Positions 51,799-64,000 of a stretch of 64,000 nt of DNA are shown in pieces. The stretch spans positions 26,412,001 through 26,476,000 of the forward strand of contig OX597836.1 in the NCBI GenBank assembly GCA_951406725.2. Direction: 5' to 3'. Below the pieces are notes generated by a model. It did no database searches, was not told the origin of the DNA, and was given only the letters and a program-made list of their open reading frames with translations. A program made the translations under genes and the position numbers. The stretch comes from Octopus vulgaris. Lineage: Eukaryota. Numbering within the stretch: the stretch's first letter is position 1; every line of letters starts with the position of its first letter.

Positions 51799-53221
51799 TA
51801 TATATAATGTGTGTGTGTTTGTGTGTGTGCACGTATGTATGTATGTATGTATGCATGCATATGTATGTATGTAGTATGTATGTACATATGTATGCTTTTA
51901 TATGTTATATGTACATACATACATACATATATATATGTACGTATGCATATGTATGTATGTGTATGTATGTATGTATGAATGTAAACCTCATCTGCAAAAG
52001 AAGTAAAAGAGGAACCCCATTAACGATTGGAAGAGAGAGTTTAAACCCACCCAAACTCCAAGGAACCACAACCAAACAAATAAGATGGCACTAGAGAGCC
52101 ATTCATTTAAATTTAATGATAAGCATAACCTTCAGGAGAAGGATGTGGCCAATAGAGTCATCAGTCCTGGAAGCACAGTCAATCTCTCTGTTGTATGATG
52201 AGGTGAGCAATTCAGAGGGTATCCAATGGACCAATCCATTCCTCTGGTAGTGAAGTCTCGATATGCTGACCACATGAGCAGTCTTATTTCTTTATTGTCC
52301 ACAACAGGACTACAAACATAGAGGGGACAAACAAAGACAAACGGATTAAGTCGATTACATCGACCCCAGTGCATAACTGGTACTTATTTAATCGACCCCG
52401 AAAGGATGAAAGGCAAAGTCGACCTCGGCGGAATTTGAACTCAGAATGTAACGGCAGAGAAAATATGGCTACGCATTTCGCCCGACGTGCTAACGTTTCT
52501 GCCAACTCGCCGTATCCTGATGGAAAGAACCCAACATGGAGACTACCAAGAAAGAGAAGAATAAGCAATAGAAAGTATCCGGTACATAGCAAATACCATC
52601 CACCAGTGCACCAAAGTGACCATTGATTCACTGTCCAAACACCATGATCAAAGAGTACTGTTCGTAACTGCCACTCCATCGGTCAGAAAGATGACAGTTC
52701 CAGTTGATCGGATCAACAGAACAGCCTACTTGTGAAATTAATGCCCAAGTGGCTGAGCACTCCACAGACATGTGTACCCTTAATGTAGTCCTCGGGGAGA
52801 TTCAGCATGACACAGAGTGTGACAAGGCTGGCCCCTTTGAAAAATAGGTACTACTCATTTTTGCCAGCTGAGTGGACAGGAGCAACGTGAAATAAAGTGT
52901 CTTGCTCAAGGGCACAACATGTCGTCAGGAATCGAACTCACGACTTTATGATCAAGAGCCAGATGCACTAACCACTAAGCCACATACCTTCACTAACAGC
53001 TCTTTCTAGATGCTGAATAAAGGCTTGAAACCATAGGCAACAAGAAACAAAGAACAACCAATCGCATTATATGAAACCAAGAAGAAGTGACATACAAACA
53101 CACACACACACAGATAAACATTGCCCCACACACACAGGTTGCCATGCACACTTCTCCCTGCTTCAATTCCTCCAAATAATTTCACTATAATATATATTTA
53201 TATATATATATATACAAAATG

Positions 53222-53627
53222 TGCAGGAGTGGCTGAGTGGTAAGTAGCTTGCTTACCAATCACATGGCTCCAGGTTCAGTCCCACAGGGTGGCACCTTGA
53301 GCAAGTGTCATCTACTGTAGCTTCAGGCCAACCGAAACCTTGTGAGTGGATTTGGTAGATGGAGACTGAAAGAAGCCCATCAACTATATATATATATATA
53401 TATATGTTCGTGTGTCTGTGTTTGTCCCCCACCCCATCCCAACATCGCCTGACAACCGATGATGGTAAGTTTATGTCTCCCATAACTTAACGGTTCGGCA
53501 AAAGAGACCGATAAAATAAGTACTAGGCTTACAAAGAATAAGTTCTGGGGTCGATTTGTTTGACTAAAGGCAGTGCTCCAGCATGGCCGTAGTCAAATGA
53601 CTGAAACAAATGAAAGAATAAAAGAAG
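53222..53627 (+). mobile_element. SINE family A copy
   Basis: Full-length plus-strand copy. Confidence 0.85.
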
Positions 53628-55641
53628 TATAGGTAAGGCTGTGTGGTAAGAAGTTTGTTTCCCAGCCATGCTGTTCCAGGTTCAATTCCACTGCAAGGTA
53701 GTTGGACAAATGCCTTCGGTTATAGCATCAGGCCAACAAAAGCCTTGAGTGTGGATTTCACAGACAGAAACAGAAAGAGGCCTGTTGCACATGGCCTAGT
53801 GGTTAGGTGTGTTACACTCACGATATACAAACCGACAGGATGGTTATGGCTGGAATGTCTTCTGTCATACATCTGGGGCTAAAGAACCACTAAGGGAGCA
53901 TCTACACTAGACATAGCAGTCTTTTCCAACCAGCACGCCACATGAGTCATGGCTCATCATCAGATAGGTTGCACTACTAAAAACAATTCATAGTAATCTT
54001 TCATTAGGTGTGCCAAGCAGAAAGTGCCATGGGCCACAGTTTGCCCATGACTGGCAGAGAGGGAGGCACGTGGCTTAGTGGTTAGGGTGTTAGACTAATG
54101 ATTGTAAGGTTGTGGTTTCGATTCCTGGACTTGGTGATGCACTGTGTTGTTGAGCAAGACTCTTCATTTCATGTTGCTCCAATCCACTCAGCTGGCAAAA
54201 GGGAGTAACCCTGCAATGGTCTGGCATCCCATCCAAGGGGGGAAATTTATACACAATGGACAGCAGGAAACCAGCCCTTATGTGTCTGTATGACTCAAGA
54301 AGGTAACTTTACTTCTTTTTTTTTTTTACTGGCTAGGTGAGCAGACCAACACTGCACCTAATGAGAAGGCTATTCCATCACAGGGTGTACCCATTTACAG
54401 CCGAGTGGACAGGGGCAATGTGAAATGAAGTATTTTGCTCAATCAAGAACACAACGTGCAGCTGGTCTGGGAATTGAAACTGTGATCTCACAATCACCTA
54501 ACCACTAGGCAATGTGCCTTCACCTGACTCATATCATCATCATCCTCATCATTTAACGTCCGTTTTCCGTGCTAGCATGGGTTAGATGGTTCAACCGGGG
54601 TCTGGGAAGCCAGGAGGCTGCACCAGGCTCCAATCTTGATCTGGCAGTGTTTCTACAGCTGGATGCCCTTCCTAACGCCAACCACTCCGTGAGTGTCAAC
54701 CACTCCATGGTGTTTAAAATATATATAGTGTACCGGATCAAGAATTTTATTTCTGGGGTGAATCACAACCCGTCTAAATACTCAGCACCCTCCCATAGAG
54801 TTCCCTTGGCATTTAGCACCCCCTTATTAGCTCACCATGCCACCAAGGACATGCTGCCAACCATATTAAAAATCCCTGCCTTACAGTCTTAAAAAAAAAA
54901 AGATCACATTGGACAATGTAATCCATGATATACAACACCAAAGGATGGCCATGATTGGAATGCTTTCTCTCACAGGTTTGTTTCATGGAGAAGGTGGGTC
55001 TAAACGATAACTAATCTTAAAATCTTACCTTAACATTATTTGTTTACCATCTGGACTTCCTTCCCTTTGCACAATGCATATGTGTGGGAGCGAAAGTAGA
55101 GAGGGGGAAAGCAACTAAAAGACACTGCAGCTATAAAACAGAGAGAGCAGTGAGAGAAAATAGGGAGAACTGGAAGCAGAATGAGAGAAGAGGCAACAGC
55201 GCTGAAGGAAGTGGCTATTCTAATATGGGACTAGTGTCAAATCCGAATGTTAACAAGCTACATGCAGTGAGCGAGAAGAGGAGAAGGTAGAGTAGTGAAA
55301 TGAAACTGTGAATGGAGGGGGGGAGAATAAAAGTGTATGTGGGTGTGTGTGTGTGTGTATGAATGCATATTTGTTTGTACGTGTGCGTATGCATGTATGA
55401 GTGTGCATTTTGTGTACAGGTATGTATATATAAGTATGGATATACGTGTCTGTCTGTCTGTCTGTGTGTGTTTGTATGTGTGTGTGTGTGTGTATTATAT
55501 ATAAATTTTCATTAATTTTTATTAATTTTTATTCTTTTGAAGATTGCTCTTAAATGTGGTTTTGGTCGTTTTGACTGCTTCTTCTAGCGAGTAAAAACTG
55601 CCTGTTGAAGGCAGTTTTCTCTTGTTTTAAATGTACACTAT

Positions 55642-55721
<80 letters not shown>

Positions 55722-55762
55722 TATACATATATATATACACATATATATACATATATATACAC

Positions 55763-55822
<60 letters not shown>

Positions 55823-55856
55823 TATATATATATATATACATATATATATATGTGTG

Positions 55857-55904
<48 letters not shown>

Positions 55905-56419
55905 TATTTATGTGTGTGTGTGTGGTTTATTCTCCTGCAAGTGAAAAGTTGTAAGTGAAACAGTTTAACAAATTGTCGCAAATCATTTATTAAGTAAACA
56001 GTGTGTATTCCTAACGTCTAACACCATCTTGTGTTCTATATTTTAAAGGCAGGATCCAGGTCAGCTGTATGAGTCTAAATAAGCATCAGTTGAGCTATTT
56101 GTCAATGTAACCAACAAGTCCCTTCCACCAAGGCCTTGTGCCTAAAGTAGAAAGGATTGTTGTTGTTGTTGTTGTTGAGGCGACAAACTGGTAAAATCAT
56201 TAGCATGCTGGGTGAAATGCTTCGTGGCATTTCATCCGTCTTAACATTCTGAGTTCAAATTCCGCCAAGGTCAACTTTGCCTTTCATCCTTTCAGGGTTG
56301 ATAAATTAAGTACCAGTTGAGTACTGGGGTCGATGTAATCAACTTATCCCCTCCCCAAAAGTTTCAGGCTTTGTGCCTTTAGTAGAAAGGATGATTATTA
56401 TTATTATTATTATTATTAT

Positions 56420-56600
56420 TGAGTGAGAGAGCAGTTCATGCCATCAAAGTGACACTGGGGTAAAATATACGAAGCCCAATATACCCATCATGACTACCCG
56501 TCTGATAAGGGTACACCAGGCACATGCATCACAACCATATGTGCGCGACATGGTGATCTTATATCAAGATAAACAGCGCATGACCTTGCAGGTGGGGCCC
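56420..56600 (-). mobile_element. Probable 3' end of a (TAA)n-targeted retroelement
   Basis: Complex sequence ending CTCTCTCACTC-(AAT)n on the minus strand. Resembles a recurrent octopus repeat from memory only. Confidence 0.4.
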
Positions 56601-57079
56601 AAAGGTCCCTGACATTTACTTCTTCCCTTACATTCCATGAACCAAGCCATTCCTAATGGTGCCGTCTTCTCAAGAAGTTCTATTTGGGGCTCAGTTCATA
56701 TTTCTATATTTTAGCTGTTACAGTCCCCAAGGTACCAACTACTTCAAGCCCCTTCATGCCTCACACTTTCTAAATTTATCTCTCTTAAGTTTTCATACTT
56801 TTCAGTCAATTCCTTTCCACTTATCCTATTTCCATTTCACCCTATAACAACCCCAAATCTTATCCTCCACACCAACCAGGCACCACAATGGCACCAGTTA
56901 AGTCACCGATACTCTGATCATGTTTAGCTTGTGCAGTTTACTAGTAGCAAGTCTTTGTGCTGAGTTTTTCTCTTTGCCATGTTCACCCCCTTTATAACAA
57001 ACCACTCAAGATTGCCCTCAATTTTATGGTCCAGAAATCCCATTTTAAAGTGATCTGAATCAAAATTTACAATGAAAAT

Positions 57080-57760
57080 CATCATCATCGTTTAACGTCC
57101 ACTTTCCATGCTAGCATGGGTTGGACGGTTCAACTGGGGTCTGGGAGCCCGAAGGCTGCACCAGGCCAGTCAGATCTGGCAGTGTTTCTACAGCTGGATG
57201 CCCTTCCTAACGCCAACTACTCCGTGAGTGTAGTGGGTGTTTTTTATGTGCCACCGACACAGGTGCCAGACAAGGCTGGCCACGCTCGGATGGTGTTTTT
57301 TTTATGTGCCACACGAGGCTGGCGAACAGCCATGCTCGGATGGTGATTTTTATGTGCCACCGACACAGGTGCCAGACGAGGCTGGCGAACGGCCACGCTC
57401 GGATGGTGTTTTTTTTTATGTGCCACGGACACAGGTGCCAGACGAGGCTGGCGAACGGCCACGCTCAGATGGTGTTTTTTTTTATGTGCCATGGACACAG
57501 GTGCCAGATGAGGCTGGCAAACGGCCACGCTTGGATGGTGTTTTTTTTTATGTGCCATGGACACAGGTGCCACACGAGGCTGGCGAACAGCCACGCTTGG
57601 ATGGTGTTTTTTGCCACGGACACAGGTGCCAGACGAGGCTGGCGAACGGCCACGCTCAGATGGTGTTTTTTGTGTGCCACCGACACAGGTGCCAGACGAG
57701 GCTGGCGAACGGCCATGCTCAGATGGTGTTTTTTGCCACGGACACAGGTGCCAGACGAGA
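57080..57760 (-). mobile_element. RTE-like LINE/SINE 3' end (family D) containing a ~60-bp minisatellite
   Basis: Tail GGACGTTAAACGATGATGAT on the minus strand and conserved CTACAGCTGGATGCCCTTCCTAACGCCAAC. Other copies near 7630-7800, 21973-22420, 45560-46047, 49815-50030, 54533-54700 and 58797-59118. Confidence 0.7.
57236..57758. repeat. Minisatellite, about 9 units of 50-63 bp
   Basis: Unit GATGGTG(T)nATGTGCCAC(C/G)GACACAGGTGCCAGACGAGGCTGGCGAACGGCCACGCTCG, head-to-tail with no unique spacers. Confidence 0.92.
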
Positions 57761-59363
57761 AATGTAATGTTAATTTATGTTCCAAACTCAAGTTCAGTAA
57801 TGACTAAGTTATTTTACTACATTTTTCGTTATTTTAAAATTTAATTGAAAGAAAAGAATGAATTTCAACAGAAATATAACAAAAGGGTTATGTTCTCTCC
57901 AAACTCTCACAGAATGCCAATGTTATAATGGATGAAAGAGACTTTGGTGGATGGGAGTGGTCCACCAAGAGCAATGGCTGTCTCACTACCTTGTGCTTGC
58001 TTAATCGACATATTTTGGGGGGGGGGGGGGGAATAATGACTGTTTCTTAAGAGCTTACAATGTGATATGAAATGCAGTGAGTTTTGAATAACGTAAATGG
58101 AAAAAAGAAAAACAACAAAAAGAGACAAATCCTGAAGATGTATCTGTTGTGGATTGCATAGAAAGAATTATGTGAAAAGACTAATGAGTGACCTATATAT
58201 ATAAGCAACAAGCAAGTGACAGAGAGGCAAGGCATAATGGCCTCTTTTCTTAGCTACCTCATAAATGCTTGGCAGAACTATGAGGGAGAAATTACAACCG
58301 TGTTTCGTGGTCTGCTACCACAACAGCTCCTTTATAGGATCCAGTTAGCTCAAGACATCATCAAGAGGAACCACGTCCGGTTTCGGCCCCTACTCCTCTA
58401 CCATTTTGACGTAGCAGAGCCCCCCCCCCTTTCGGAGGTGTCTTCAGCTCTGGGGTTGGGTGCATGTCTTCTTTCTTCTTTTTTCTGTTCCCTGGCCTCT
58501 TCGATGTATCGTCAGCAAGTGTCAGCGGGTGACTGACTGACTTGTCAAATATTTTTCCCTTTAAATACCTGCCGCTAGGCTCTTGCAATATTTATTACGA
58601 CTCTTTACATTCTGGGTTCAAATACAGTTGCAGTCAACTTTGCCTTTCGTCCCACCTGTATCAATGAAATAAAGTCCCAGTCAAACACTGGGGTCAATGT
58701 AATTGACTACCCCCACCCATCCCTGTCCTAAAATCACTGGCCTTAGGCAACAAACTGGCAGAGTCATTAGCACATTGGACAAAATGCTTATTGACAGTGG
58801 TACATAAAAAACATCATTCAAGCGTGATCATTGCCAATGCCACCTGACTGGCTCCTGTGCAGGTGGCACGTAAAAAGCACCATTTGAACGTGGGCAATGC
58901 CAGTACCGCCTGATTGGCCCTTGTGCTGGTGGCACGTAAAAAGCACCCACTACACTCTCAAAGTGGTTGGCGTTAGAAAGGGCATCCAGCTGTAGAAACT
59001 TTGCCAGATCAGATTGGAGCCTGGTACAGCCTCCTGGTACAGCCTCCTGGTTCACCAGCCCTCTGTCAAACCGTCCAACTCATGCCAGCATGGAAAGCGG
59101 ATGTTAAACGACAACAACGAATATTAAGGTAAAGCAGAAAGCTTGGCAGAATTATTAGCATGCCAGGCAAAATGCTAGGCAGTGTTTCATCTGGGTTCAA
59201 ATTCTGCCAAGATCAACTTAGCCTTCTGTCCTTTTGGGAGTTGATATAAATAAGTACCAGTTAAATATTGGGGTTTGTGTCACTGACTATCCCCTTCTCC
59301 CAAAATTTCAAACCTTGTGCCTATAGTAGAACAGATTACTACTACTACTACTACTACTACTAC

Positions 59364-59414
<51 letters not shown>

Positions 59415-59820
59415 GGCAGCAAACTGGCAGAATTGTTAGAGCATCAGAGAAAATGCTTAGCAGCATTTGTTACAACTCTTTACATTCTGAGTTCAAATCT
59501 CACTGAAGTAAACTTCATTTTTTTTTTCTCTTACCTGGACCTTCAAACTGCACATTAACCCCTTAAAAATTAATAGGAATGTTACGATCAGTTTAAAAAT
59601 TTTTTTTTTTTTTTTTAAACCCAAGAAAACTCATGATTGGCCTCATTGGAAATCTTTAAATGATTTTTCCCAAATTCCTGATATAAATTTTCTAAGAAAT
59701 TAAATTCACAAAAAAAGCAGCTGACGAAAATTAACAAGTGAGAAACAGTGAACAGTGTAGTGTTTGTGAGATATGAGCAGGTATTAATAGCAGTGTTAGG
59801 AGAGGTGGAAAGTTAGTCAC

Positions 59821-59938
59821 CTTGCAATGTCTTAACATCATCAAAGTCTACGAGTTGCAGGAGTAGGTTACCTTTATCCTCTTCAGCTTCAGCCAACCGA
59901 TTCTTCAGTTCTTCGACTTCGTTGGAACCTTGGTTGCC
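59821..59938 (-). CDS. GOLGB1: Giantin-like exon (GNQGSNEVEELKNRL...DVKTLQ)
   Basis: AG/GT bounded, 118 nt, phase 0-1, open and coiled-coil-like, phase-compatible with neighbours. Confidence 0.85.
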
Positions 59939-60130
59939 CTGTAACACCAACAAAATAATTGACACACTTTGATTTTGATTTCTTCTTGGGGATTGATAAA
60001 AATAAGTACCAGTTGAATAGTGGGGTGTGTGTCATTGACTATCCCCTTCTCCCAAAATTTCAAACCTTGTGTCTTTAATAGAACAGATTACTACAACTAC
60101 TACTACTACTGCTACTACTATTACTACTAA

Positions 60131-60222
60131 TAGTAATACTCTGATGAGTGTAAAGTTATATAATTGGATTGTTACCTAATACTCCATTGTATTCTTTATG
60201 CGAAACCAAATGGTTAATATAC
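60131..60222 (+). ncRNA. Hammerhead-like motif, probably decayed
   Basis: CTGATGA at 60141, stem II GTGTAAAG/CTTTATGC, GAAA at 60202-60205, stem III ACCA-AA-TGGT, GUU triplet. Stem I is weak. Confidence 0.5.
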
Positions 60223-60281
60223 CCACTCTACTGATAGATATACGAGTGCATCTTTTCCCTGACTTATGGTCTCATAGATGA

Positions 60282-60342
<61 letters not shown>

Positions 60343-60927
60343 CTAAAAATATGGGTGTCTGAGAGGCACCACCATGCTGAAATAGCAGTCAATCCCTGAC
60401 TCTAAAAACCACATTAAATGTTCATATCGCACCATGGTGCGAAGTAAAAATTATGTAGCAACATCAAATGGTGGTGCTGCAGCATGGCCACAGTTTGTGA
60501 GCTGAAACTGGTTTCCATTCAATTTAATCCATATATACACATGCATACACACACAATGTGCATCATCCATACAAGTGTCCACCCCCAACTCACCAGCTAA
60601 CAATATTTTCTTACATGTCCCACTTACAGCTACCCACACCACCCAATAGCCACACCCAGTCTCCAATTAATGATTCTTGTTCCCACCAAGCTAAAAGGAC
60701 TATGTAGTTATTTGACAGGCTAGAAATAGCACACTACTGCCTTAAACAAGAAAGGAACACATTATATAGTGTAGGCATAAATATACATAAACAGACAGGA
60801 TGGTCGTGGTAGGAATGCTTTTGATCACTGTCTGCTCAACAAGGATTGAACTGGGGCTAAACATAAGACTACCTCCCTTCTACAACTACCAAGCCAAAAC
60901 TTTTTTTTGAAACCAGTAAATCCTTAC

Positions 60928-62100
60928 CTTTTTTAATTCCTCGATTTCTTTCTCCAGAGATTTGATTTTGGCAGTGAACTGGGCCTTAATTTTTAACATT
61001 CTAGAATCAGAGATCTTTGTAGGAGATGCATCGGAAGATTTATGCTTTTCACGAGGCTTGATGTTCTGTACCTCTGCTTCCTCTGGTTTCAAAAGCCCTT
61101 CCTGTTTCTGGTGCTGGTAGTAGTGCAACTGAGTTTTAACATCTTCCAGTTGTGTTCTTTGGTGCCGGAATTGTTCCTCAAGTTGTTTTCTCTGAGCCAT
61201 TTCTACTTCTAGCCGTTTCGAGAGTTCTGCCAGCTTCTCTGGTGAACCAACTGCAGGCGTTAAACCACTTGCACTTGCATGGACAGCATCTTTTAAAGAA
61301 ACGGAATTCTTCAAGTCATTTACTTCAGTGCAAACCTGTTGATAGCGTTCTTGGAGTGCATTGTAATGAAGGGCAGCCTGAGAATAAGCAGATTCGTACT
61401 GCTTCAACGATGCTTGGAGAGTGTGAAGCTGTAGATTCATCTCTCCTTTTTCTTCTTCATTTTTTTCAACAAACGCTTTCAAGCGACTTTCCATTTTTTG
61501 TTTCTCGGATTTCCATTGTGTCTCATAATCTGAAAAAGTCTGTTGCATGAGGAGGTTTTGCTCAGTACTAACAGCAAGTTTTTCTTTTAAATTCTTCACA
61601 CTGTCCATAACGCTGTGCAGTTGCTGGTCTTTATTGGCCAAGTCCTTTGTCTGGATCTCAATCACCTGAATTTTCCCCTGGAGGACCTCATTGATATCTT
61701 TTATTTTCTGTTCCATCATTTTCAACATTTGATCCTGCACATTTCCTCCTCCCTCTCTGGACATGATGTTTTCTATATCACGTTCATGTCTGGCCAGCAG
61801 CTCACGGAGGTCGTTGTCACGTGTAGCCAAGTCCTTCTCTCTGTCGAGAATGAGGCGCCTCAGTTGTGAAATCTCTCCTTCACGGTCATTAAGGGTTTCC
61901 TCAAAGTACCTCTGGGTTTCTGATAGCCGAAGACTGAACCGCTCAGATTCAACTTTTAGGTTATGCTCAGCCTTCTCCAGATTCTCTATCAACAGGGACA
62001 TTTTCTCTTCTTCAGATTCAACTTTATTAGTCAACTTTGAAATTAGAGCAGTCTGAGATGTTATGTTCTGGTCTTTTTCAACAATGGATGTCTGTAAAAC
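60928..62100 (-). CDS. GOLGB1: Giantin/golgin B1-like, first coding exon visible in window
   Basis: ttttctacag acceptor, GTAAGG donor, 1173 nt, phase 0-0, coiled coil. MLKIKAQFTAKIKSLEKEIEEL resembles the giantin N-terminal motif as I recall it. Confidence 0.85.
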
Positions 62101-62435
62101 CTGTAGAAAAATAGAATAAAATTATTCATACATACATAGATGTTACAAATGTTTCAATAGCATGGTGACTTATTTGCAATTGGTGTATTACACAATCCAA
62201 AACCACCAAACTATTAACCACAATAGGCAAGATCCAAACCATTTGATATATATATATTCTTCTATTGCTCTTAGCCATGTGGCTGATGTCATGGTGGAGC
62301 AGCATATATATTGTAAGATACAAATAAGATAATTTTTTTTAGAAAGCAGAGCTGCCATTAGAACAGCAGAAATATTGAGTAAATTACCCTTACAAAGCAG
62401 AAGAATTTGTCAACAAACTGCCATACATGTAGTTT

Positions 62436-62477
<42 letters not shown>

Positions 62478-63146
62478 GTTTTGTATATATATATATATAT
62501 ATATATATAAATATTGTTGCTATTATGCAAAAGTGTTGTAAGTCCAAAATGTTGCTATTTCAGAAAACAAAAAAATAATTTCACCATTCCATAGCAAAGC
62601 CGCTGTACTACACTTTGACTATTTTTGATATCTTGGCATATGAAACAGCTGGAGATACAATAGTTTGACCAAAAGAACTGGCTATTGCAAGCAAAAATAG
62701 ATAATGGAAAAAAAGAACGCATTTGGCCGAATTTGGATATACGACAGTTTAACATAATAGCAACAAAATATATATATATGCATACACATATACACATAAT
62801 TATTTTTATAAAAGAATTGTATATTGTAAGGTTATGGAAAACTGGCAGAACCATTAGGATGGCAGACAAAATGTTTAATGCCATTTCATCCGTCTTTATA
62901 TTCATTACTCAAATTCTGCCAAGGTCAACTTTGTCTGTCATCCTTTCAGGGTTGATAAAATAAGTACCAGCTGATAAAATAAGTACCACTCCCACAATAT
63001 TTCAGATCTTGTGCCTATAGCAGAAAGGATTATTATTATTATTATTATTATTATTGCGATTTATATCATCTTGTCGTGACAGTACTGACAGTTCGCTTTA
63101 ATTTATTAATGTTGTTCGTTAAAATTGTTTTTATAACCACTCATAT

Positions 63147-63307
63147 AGGCGCAGGAGTGGCTGTGTGGTAAGTAGCTTGCTTACCAACCACATGGTTCCA
63201 GGTTCATTCCCACTGCGTGGCACCTTGGGCAAGTGTCTTCTACTATAGCCTCGGGTTGTCCAAAGCCTTGTGAGTGGATTTGGTAGACGGAAATTGGAAG
63301 AAGCCCG

Positions 63308-63358
<51 letters not shown>

Positions 63359-63482
63359 TATGTGTGTATGTGTGTATGTATGTATGTATGTATGTATGTA
63401 TGTATGTATGTATGTTCGACTAAAGGCAGTGCTCCAGCATGGCCGTAGTCAAATGACTGAAACAAGTAAAAGAGAAAAAAAA
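63147..63482 (+). mobile_element. SINE family A copy (internal deletion)
   Basis: Head and tail match family A. Confidence 0.85.
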
Positions 63483-64000
63483 GAGACTCAAAGTTATCTT
63501 CCTTGTTCATGAGCGTTTGAATGGTGTGTGTGCATGCATGTGTATTTGACTGTGTGTATAGGGGCAGTTAGGTGTGTGTGTGTGCTTAACCAGTGTACCT
63601 CTGTGTGTATGTGTGTATGGGTACTGGGACAAAATCTCCCCGTGGACAGAATCCCACTGAGAACAAACTTTTCCCCCAGACAAAATACCCCGGAAGTCAA
63701 CATCCCCCAGGGTAATGTTCTTTCTTTACAATAAAAATATTTTAGGAAAATAAAATTTTATTAAAAGAATTCATAATATTTATTAGTTGATATTCTTGAT
63801 TAAAATTTGTCCAAGGGGATCTTGTCCTCAGATTTTGTCTTGATACTCTGTGTATGTATGTGTGTGTGTGTGTGTGTGTGTGTGAGTGTGTGTGTGTGCG
63901 TGCGTGCACGCATACATATGTTTGTGAATATCCTTCCTTGATATAAACTAGTCTATCTGTGTCTTTCACCAATATATCTCTGTAAATATTAGAAAAGAAA

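Noticed and set aside
57236-57758. Regular ~60-bp repeats resembling a CRISPR array
   Set aside because: Units are head-to-tail without unique spacers, lie in a eukaryotic retroelement tail, and no cas genes are present.

Overview
AT-rich, microsatellite- and SINE-dense animal genomic DNA. The repeat families look like octopus/coleoid cephalopod (recognised from memory, not database-checked). Most of the window (12460-62100, minus strand) holds 15 in-frame coding exons of a very large giantin/GOLGB1-like coiled-coil golgin. They give 4702 aa without the N-terminus, include 7053-nt and 4362-nt exons, and end in a giantin-type tail anchor. The last two ShK-domain coding exons and a probable 3'UTR exon of a convergent plus-strand gene lie at 444-4660. 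Introns contain tRNA-derived SINEs, RTE-like tails, a DD37D Tc1/mariner relic, MITEs, a Helitron and an R4/Dong LINE fragment. Most notable: several unrelated short elements, mostly next to (TA)n tracts, carry minimal hammerhead ribozyme motifs. These include a 360-bp palindrome with one hammerhead on each strand and a U3-A8 core variant. A 55-nt frame-shifting micro-exon also sets whether the golgin gets its membrane anchor. Most ORFs in the supplied track are microsatellite or SINE artefacts.
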